The notes under the pieces are model-generated. The model was not told the DNA's origin, made no database searches, and saw only the letters and a list, made by a program, of their open reading frames with translations. This document shows, piece after piece, positions 57,964 through 64,000 of a stretch of DNA of 64,000 nt; within the stretch, counting starts at the first letter, position 1; each line of letters opens with the position of its first letter. The position numbers were made by a program, and so were the translations under genes. Source of the stretch: Candidatus Limnocylindrus sp. (GTDB taxonomy: Bacteria; Chloroflexota; Limnocylindria; Limnocylindrales; Limnocylindraceae); assembly GCA_040397175.1 (NCBI GenBank), contig JBBAWM010000001.1:249976-313975 (forward strand), read 5' to 3'.

Positions 57964-59363
57964 CGGGTTGCCTCCGTCATCTTCTCCGGGCGAACGATGG
58001 CGTCGAACTGTTCGTCACTGATGTAGCCGAGCTCCAGAGCGGTTGCACGAAGCGTGCCACCACTGGCGTGAGCACGCTTGGCGATCTCCGCCGCCTTGTC
58101 GTAGCCGATCACCGGGGTGAGGGCTGTGACCAGCATCAGCGAGTCGTTAAGCAGCTCGGTGATGCGCGCCGAGTCTGGCTCGGTGCCAGCGAGGCAGTGA
58201 TCGGCAAACGAGCGTGCCGCATCGCCCAGCAGGCGGATCTGCGCCAGCAGGTCGAGCGCGATCAGCGGCTTGAAGACGTTGAGCTGGAAGTTCCCCTGAC
58301 TTGCGGCAAAGGCGATCGCTGCGTCGAGTCCGTAGATCTGCACGCAGACCATCGTCAAAGCCTCGGCCTGGGTCGGGTTCACCTTCCCGGGCATGATCGA
58401 AGAGCCTGGCTCGTTCTCGGGGATTCGCAGCTCACCAAGACCGGCACGAGGGCCAGAGGCGAGCCAACGCACATCGTTGGCGAGCTTCATCAGCGTCGCG
58501 GCGGTGGTGCGCAGTGCAGCGGAGGTAGTGAGGGTCGCCTCCTGCCCAGCGAGTGCGGCGAACTTGTTCGGTGCGCTCATGATCGGTTCGCCGGTGAGCT
58601 TCGCGATCGCCTTGGCGGCGCGTTCGGCGAATTCAGGATGGGCGTTCAGGCCAGTGCCAACGGCGGTGCCACCGAGGGCAATCGCGCGGAGCTCACCCTG
58701 CGCCGCCTCGATGCGGGCGATGTCGCCTGCGAGGGCCGCAGCATGGGCGCTGAACTCCTGGCCAAGGGTGAGCGGCACCGCATCTTGCAGATGTGTTCGG
58801 CCGATCTTCACGATGCCGCTCCAGGCGGCGGCCTTTGCACTGATGATCGAGTGGAGGTGGCGCAATGACGGAAGGAGCGACTTGCTGACTGCGAGCGTTG
58901 CGGCGATGTGGATCGCACTCGGGAAGGCGTCGTTCGACGACTGTGAGAGGTTCACATCGTCATTCGGGTGAATTGGGCTCTTGCCGCCGCGCGTTCCGGT
59001 GGCGCGCTCGTTGGCGATGGAGGCGATCACCTCGTTCACGTTCATGTTGCTCTGGGTGCCAGAGCCAGTCTGCCAGGTTGAGAGAGGGAACTCGCTGTCG
59101 GCGCCGCCGCCCGTCACAACGCTCGCAGCCTCAACGATGAGCTTCGCCTTATCGGCGGGGAGGAGCCCGAGTTCAGCATTCACGGTGGCCGCAGCGCCCT
59201 TGATGGTGGCGAGGGCGTGGATCACCTCAAGGGGCATACGGTCGTTGCCGATGTCGAAGAAGTGCAGGGAACGAGCCGTCTGCGCGCCCCAGTGCTGATC
59301 GGCCGGAACCTCGATCTCACCGAATGAGTCGCGCTCCGTGCGTGTCTTCTTTGCGTTGCTCAT
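57960..59363 (-). CDS. fumC: Fumarate hydratase class II
   Basis: WQTGSGTQSNMN, GRTHLQDA and GSSIMPGKVNP. Start trimmed to ATG 59363. Confidence 0.96.
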   Translation of the reverse strand: MSNAKKTRTERDSFGEIEVPADQHWGAQTARSLHFFDIGNDRMPLEVIHALATIKGAAATVNAELGLLPADKAKLIVEAASVVTGGGADSEFPLSTWQTGSGTQSNMNVNEVIASIANERATGTRGGKSPIHPNDDVNLSQSSNDAFPSAIHIAATLAVSKSLLPSLRHLHSIISAKAAAWSGIVKIGRTHLQDAVPLTLGQEFSAHAAALAGDIARIEAAQGELRAIALGGTAVGTGLNAHPEFAERAAKAIAKLTGEPIMSAPNKFAALAGQEATLTTSAALRTTAATLMKLANDVRWLASGPRAGLGELRIPENEPGSSIMPGKVNPTQAEALTMVCVQIYGLDAAIAFAASQGNFQLNVFKPLIALDLLAQIRLLGDAARSFADHCLAGTEPDSARITELLNDSLMLVTALTPVIGYDKAAEIAKRAHASGGTLRATALELGYISDEQFDAIVRPEKMTEATR

Positions 59364-59418
59364 GGCAGCCTCCGATACGGGCGCAGCGCGCCTCTCCTGT
59401 AAGTGTAGGATCCCACGC

Positions 59419-60243
59419 ATGAGCATGGAGCAGGGGATCCTGGCCCCCTTCACGGCGAGCGACGGGGTAACCCTCTTCCGACGCGTCTATGAGCCGCTCG
59501 GCGCGCCGCTCGGCGAGTTGCTACTCGGGCACGGGATCGGAGAGAACTCCAGCCGCTACATCCAGGCAGCACGCGCCTTCGCTGCCGCCGGATGGCGCAC
59601 AACGACCTGGGACCTGCGGGGCCACGGTCGATCCGAGGGGCCACGCGGCTACGTGAAAGACTTCCGTCGCTTCCACCTCGACCTCGCAGAGCAGGTGAGA
59701 GAGCTGCAGCGCACAGGGCGGCGGGTTGTTGTCGTCGCCCACAGCCTTGGTGGCCTCATCGCCTTCGGCGCTGTCGCTGCGGGGCTCACGAAGCCCGATT
59801 ATCTCGTGCTCTCTGCGCCAGCACTGGAGGCGAACATCGCGACCTGGAAGCGAATCGTTGCCCCAATCCTCTCGCGCGCCCTGCCAATGCTACGCATTCC
59901 AACGGGCATCGGTGCTGACACCAGCCCCGGCGAGCGACTTGAGAATCTTGACCCGAGCGCTCCGGCGACGATGCGGGCGGTAACGACCCGTCTCGGTGAC
60001 GAAGGCTTTCGCGCACAGAGGGCGGCACGCGCCGTTGTTGCCGCTGGGGGCAACTTCCCTGTGCCCACGCTGGTAACGCAGGGCGATGGCGATGCGCTGG
60101 TGCGACCGGAGTGGACCAAGCCGCTCGCAGGCCTTGGAAACATTGAGTACCTAACGTTGCGCGGGTTCAATCACCATCCGTTTGCAACCCTTGCGTATCA
60201 GGTCGCCATCGACGAGATGCTGCAAAGGATTGGGCGTCGCTAG
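59419..60243 (+). CDS. Alpha/beta hydrolase (lysophospholipase/monoacylglycerol lipase-like)
   Basis: HGIGENS.RY, DLRGHGRS, AHSLGG, GDGDALV and a C-terminal His. TAGGAT lies 7 nt before the ATG. Confidence 0.85.
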   Translation: MSMEQGILAPFTASDGVTLFRRVYEPLGAPLGELLLGHGIGENSSRYIQAARAFAAAGWRTTTWDLRGHGRSEGPRGYVKDFRRFHLDLAEQVRELQRTGRRVVVVAHSLGGLIAFGAVAAGLTKPDYLVLSAPALEANIATWKRIVAPILSRALPMLRIPTGIGADTSPGERLENLDPSAPATMRAVTTRLGDEGFRAQRAARAVVAAGGNFPVPTLVTQGDGDALVRPEWTKPLAGLGNIEYLTLRGFNHHPFATLAYQVAIDEMLQRIGRR

Positions 60244-60249
60244 GCGGGT

Positions 60250-60639
60250 CTAGTACTCCTGACCAAGAGCCGCACGTGCCTTGGCGGGATCATCAACGAC
60301 AAAGGCAAAGGTCGCCCGGTCGCCCCATCGCCCCATGAAAAGGTGTCCATACACGTTGACGCCGGCAGCGGCGAGTCGATCGAGCACGGAGAGCATGCCG
60401 CCCGGCTGATCGTCGACTTCGGCAAGAACGGATTCACTTTCAATGAATGTGTAGGAGCCACCCTCAAGCACAGCGCGCGTCTTGACGTCATCGGCGGTCT
60501 TGAGGATGACATGCCCAACATTGCCGATGCCGCCGCCACCAATCGCCTTGAGGTCCACCCCTTGACGCTCAAGCTCACGGCAGAGCTCCGCGAGCGCCCC
60601 AGGCCTATGCGCGAGTTGGACCACGAACTGATGTGACAT
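60250..60639 (-). CDS. Tandem ACT-domain protein
   Basis: LAHRPGALAEL and DDQPGGML...AGVNV. Start ATG 60639. Confidence 0.8.
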   Translation of the reverse strand: MSHQFVVQLAHRPGALAELCRELERQGVDLKAIGGGGIGNVGHVILKTADDVKTRAVLEGGSYTFIESESVLAEVDDQPGGMLSVLDRLAAAGVNVYGHLFMGRWGDRATFAFVVDDPAKARAALGQEY

Positions 60640-60768
60640 AGGTGGAGGGTAGCGCGCGCTGCCGCGCTTCGCTAGGGGCGGCTCGCGCGACGGAGCGCCC
60701 CACGGAGGCGACGGCGGCGGTAGGCTCACGGAGAGCCCCAACTGGGGCCGAGCGGTAGGAGGGTGCAG

Positions 60769-62193
60769 ATGCGCGCGTGGAAGCAGATCATCAACGGCAG
60801 GTCGGTCGCGGCAAAGTCTGGGAAGGCCATCTCTGTCGAAGATCCGTCAACGCGCGAGGTGTTGGGCAGCGTTCCACAAAGTGGTCGCGCCGATGTTGAT
60901 GCGGCAGTTGCGGCTGCGGCAGCGGCCTTCCCAGCATGGAGCGCCACCACCCCCGCCGAGCGCGCGCTCGCGCTGTTGAAGCTTGCCGACGCACTTGAGT
61001 CGGCGAAGCGCAAGTTCGTGAAGGCTGAGTCCGAGAACGCCGGTAAGCCAATCAGCGCCGTCGGCATGGAGGTTGATGCCGTCGTCGACAACCTGCGCTA
61101 CTTCGCAGGCGCTGGACGCAACATGGAGGGGAAGGCTGTCGCCGAATACCTCCCAGGGCGCACGAGCATGATTCGCCGCGATCCGGTCGGGGTCGTCGCC
61201 TCCATTGCGCCGTGGAACTACCCGCTGCTGATGGCTGGTTGGAAGATTGGCCCGGCGCTCGTCACAGGGAACACCGTTGTCTTGAAGCCGTCGGCGCGCA
61301 CGCCAATTACGGCGCTGATGCTCGGAGCACTGGCACAGGAGTTCCTCCCCGCGGGCGTCTTGAATGTCATTACGGGCACCGGAGATGAGGCTGGCGCCTA
61401 TCTTGCGCAGCACCCTGGCGTCGCAATGGTCTCGGTGACAGGCGATACCGCCACCGGGAAACGCATCGCCGCGGCTGGCGCCGCAACGGTGAAACGCCTC
61501 CATCTAGAGCTTGGTGGCAAGGCGCCCGTGCTCGTCTTCGACGATGCCGACGTGGAACTTGTTGCGAGCACGATGCGTGCCGCAAGCTTCTGGAATGCGG
61601 GGCAAGACTGCACCGCAGCCTGCCGCATCATCGCTGGGCCAAAGATCTACGAGCGACTTGTCGACGCACTCATCAAGCAGGTGAAGACGATCAAGGTTGG
61701 ACCGACCAGCGACAAGGCGACCGAGATGGGGCCGCTGATTAGCGCCGCACAGCGCACCCGCGTTGATGGCTTCGTGCAGCGAGCGGGCAAGAAGGCCGAA
61801 GTTGTTCTTGGTGGCAAGGGCGTCGCTGGAAAGGGCCATTTCTACCGCCCAACGATTATCGCTGGACCGGCGCAGGGCTCAGAGATCGTTCAAGAGGAGG
61901 TCTTCGGGCCGGTCGTATCGGTGCAGCGCGCCAAGAGCGCCGATCAGATTTTGGAGTGGGCGAACGACTGCCAGTTCGGCCTCGCATCGTCGCTTTGGAC
62001 GAGCGATATCGCCCGAGCCTTCAAGGTGAGCAAGGCGCTGCAGTTCGGCACCGTCTGGGTGAACGATCACTTCACGCTGGCGAGCGAGATGCCGCACGGC
62101 GGCTTCAAGCAGTCCGGCTACGGCAAGGATCAGTCGATGTACGCCCTTGAGGACTACACCGTGGCGAAGCACATCATGGTGCGCAGCGAGTAG
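60769..62193 (+). CDS. Gamma-aminobutyraldehyde dehydrogenase-like ALDH (PatD/Prr)
   Basis: IAPWNYPL, LELGGKAP, NAGQDCTAA and EMPHGGFKQSGYGKD. SD GGAGG is present; start is 60763 or 60769. Confidence 0.87.
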   Translation: MRAWKQIINGRSVAAKSGKAISVEDPSTREVLGSVPQSGRADVDAAVAAAAAAFPAWSATTPAERALALLKLADALESAKRKFVKAESENAGKPISAVGMEVDAVVDNLRYFAGAGRNMEGKAVAEYLPGRTSMIRRDPVGVVASIAPWNYPLLMAGWKIGPALVTGNTVVLKPSARTPITALMLGALAQEFLPAGVLNVITGTGDEAGAYLAQHPGVAMVSVTGDTATGKRIAAAGAATVKRLHLELGGKAPVLVFDDADVELVASTMRAASFWNAGQDCTAACRIIAGPKIYERLVDALIKQVKTIKVGPTSDKATEMGPLISAAQRTRVDGFVQRAGKKAEVVLGGKGVAGKGHFYRPTIIAGPAQGSEIVQEEVFGPVVSVQRAKSADQILEWANDCQFGLASSLWTSDIARAFKVSKALQFGTVWVNDHFTLASEMPHGGFKQSGYGKDQSMYALEDYTVAKHIMVRSE

Positions 62194-62230
62194 GCGATCC
62201 TCATCGGGCTGATGCCGTAGGCTGCGCTAG

Positions 62231-62869
62231 ATGCAGCACGATGCGCCAACGCCACCACCGTTCGAAGAGGGGCTCCCGCAGGAGCTCTGGTTCAGCGTTG
62301 ACGTGGAGTGCTCGGGTCAGACGCCACTCGATGGGAGCCTGATCAGCATCGGTGCCTGCCTCGTAGACGACCCCAAGAAGAGCTTCTACGTCGAGCTGCG
62401 CCCGGATGTCACGAAGCAGTGGGGCCACAAAGAGGAGCGCGTCCATCGCCTCTCCCGTGCGCACCTTGAGGCGAACGGCATCGATCGCCTCGACGGGGTA
62501 CGCCAGTTCGCCCTCTGGGTCCGCGCTACCGCCGAGGCCACCGCACCCGAGTCGAGTCCACTCTTTGTTGGCTTTAACACCCCATTCGATTGGATGTGGC
62601 TCACGATGGCGTTCGCCGAGGCCGGCGTGAAGAATCCCTTCGGCATGTCGGCGATGGACCTAAAGAGCGTCTACTACACGCTACACGGCGGCGAGAACCT
62701 TACGTGGAAGAAGACGGTCAAGCGCTTCGTGCGCCAGGTATACCCAACCGACCTTGTCGCTGATCACCATGCCCTCGCCGACGCGATTGAACAGGCGGAG
62801 CTTGCGCGCGACCTACGAAGCAAGGCGCTCAAGAATCGCATTCCGCCAACAATCCCCGAGCGACGATGA
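62231..62869 (+). CDS. DEDDh 3'-5' exonuclease
   Basis: SVDVECSG, GFNTPFDW and HHALADA. TAGGCT lies 7 nt before the ATG. Confidence 0.8.
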   Translation: MQHDAPTPPPFEEGLPQELWFSVDVECSGQTPLDGSLISIGACLVDDPKKSFYVELRPDVTKQWGHKEERVHRLSRAHLEANGIDRLDGVRQFALWVRATAEATAPESSPLFVGFNTPFDWMWLTMAFAEAGVKNPFGMSAMDLKSVYYTLHGGENLTWKKTVKRFVRQVYPTDLVADHHALADAIEQAELARDLRSKALKNRIPPTIPERR

Positions 62870-63780
62870 GAAAGGCCGCGCGGGGCGCGGCAGCCCAGCC
62901 ACTCGATGGGGAGTTCGTCCGCAAGGTGAACCGTGCGTTGCTCACCTGGTACGCCGCTAGCGCCCGGCCGCTAAAGATCCGTGAGCGATCGGATCCGTAC
63001 AGCGTGCTGGTGAGCGAGGTGATGGCACAGCAGACCCAAATCTCGCGTGTTGATCAGTTGGCGACCGCCTTCCTTGCTCGATTTCCAACACTCGAGTCAC
63101 TCGCAGCGGCTGAGACCGCAGATGTGCTGGTGGCGTGGAAGGGGCTCGGATACAACCGACGTGCGCTGGCGCTGCAACGCGCCGCCGCGGCCGCTGTTGC
63201 CGCTGGTGGCCTGCCATCGAACGTTGGTGGGCTGATGGAGCTCCCTGGAATCGGCCCGTACACGGCACGCGCCGTTGCCGCAATCGCGTTCGGTGGTCGA
63301 GAGGTTCCCGTCGACGTCAACATTGCGCGCATCGTCGCGCGACTAGTTGGTGCGGATTCGCCACTGGCACCCCGCGATGCGCAAAGGCGCGCCAACGAGT
63401 TTGGCGCCGAACTCGCAGATGGCGAGGCTGGCGCGTGGGCGCAGGCGGCAATGGACCTCGCTTCGTCGGTATGCCGAGCCGCTGCACCACTCTGTGGTGA
63501 GTGTCCGTTGCGCGACCACTGTCCGTCCGCCGGCCGTGCCTTTGCGAAGCCGCCGCGCAGTGGCGAACCGCGAACCCCCTTCACGAAGACCGCGCGATGG
63601 CTGCGCGGACGCCTACTTGATGAGTTGCGCGAGGCTGGCCGGGCAGGGGCGCAGGTCGCTGGTGAGCGTGGCGAGCACAACGAAGCGGCGGTCGCGGCTA
63701 CCATCAACAAGATGGTCTCCGAGGGGCTCGCCGAGTCGCTGGGAGGGGATCGCTACCGTCTGCCGCACCGCGGCGACTGA
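62866..63780 (+). CDS. mutY: A/G-specific adenine glycosylase (short form)
   Basis: VSEVMAQQT, WKGLGYNRRA, LPGIGPYTA, VDVN and the [4Fe-4S] motif C-x6-C-x2-C-x5-C. Confidence 0.88.
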   Translation: MRKAARGAAAQPLDGEFVRKVNRALLTWYAASARPLKIRERSDPYSVLVSEVMAQQTQISRVDQLATAFLARFPTLESLAAAETADVLVAWKGLGYNRRALALQRAAAAAVAAGGLPSNVGGLMELPGIGPYTARAVAAIAFGGREVPVDVNIARIVARLVGADSPLAPRDAQRRANEFGAELADGEAGAWAQAAMDLASSVCRAAAPLCGECPLRDHCPSAGRAFAKPPRSGEPRTPFTKTARWLRGRLLDELREAGRAGAQVAGERGEHNEAAVAATINKMVSEGLAESLGGDRYRLPHRGD

Positions 63781-63790
63781 GGGGAGGGTC

Positions 63791-64000
63791 GTGGACGACC
63801 TTGAGCTGCTGAATCAGATCTTCGAGGAGACCCTGACCGAACAGGAGGGGCTCCCGTTCGTCGCTCGCTTCCGCGAGGCCCTCCATGCCAAGCGCGCCGC
63901 TGAGTTCAATCTGACCGCAGCCTCTACCGAGCAGTACGACGAGGTCGAGCGCATCGTGCGAGCGCTGACACTGCGCTTTCGGCTCACCAGCCTGGTTGAG
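63791..64000 (+). CDS. Partial CDS, possibly the phosphoenolpyruvate carboxylase N-terminus
   Basis: GTG after SD GGAGG gives MDDLELLNQIFEETLTEQEG...IVRALTLRFRLTSLVE, resembling the Ppc N-terminal helices. Only 70 codons are visible. Confidence 0.5.
   Translation, partial: MDDLELLNQIFEETLTEQEGLPFVARFREALHAKRAAEFNLTAASTEQYDEVERIVRALTLRFRLTSLVE

Noticed and set aside
60640-60768. Structured ncRNA or riboswitch between the ACT gene and the ALDH
   Set aside because: Only short GC-rich stems (e.g. GCCCCA-ACT-GGGGC) are present, which are expected by chance; two divergent -10 boxes explain the region.

Overview
This is a gene-dense, GC-rich stretch of bacterial core chromosome with about 60 CDS and one tRNA-Gln(CTG). 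I see no prophage, transposase, integrase or CRISPR array. Gene content (lone RND pump, F420 genes, the MSMEG_4193/DUF3090/SCO1664 trio, RibXY/ThiXY-like ABC) and extreme compaction suggest a streamlined monoderm bacterium, possibly a freshwater Chloroflexota such as Limnocylindria; this assignment is inference, not verified. Main modules are: a Ni/Co ECF transporter with a divergent Fur-family regulator; an amine catabolic operon (ALDH, two class-III aminotransferases, CoA-transferase); sufB-sufD-Rieske-VIT1; a phosphate/polyphosphate cluster whose PhoP/PhoR pair is interleaved with gltX and proS; an F420 cluster with a CofC-CofE fusion and no FO synthase; aceE; FTR1; and fumC-pfk-trio. The most striking sequence-level patterns are -10-only (TANNNT) boxes 6-7 nt before start codons, upstream stop codons reused as the start of those boxes, and six of nine convergent junctions sharing a 4-nt CTAG/TTAG double stop. 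Product calls come from motif recognition by eye; no database searches were run.
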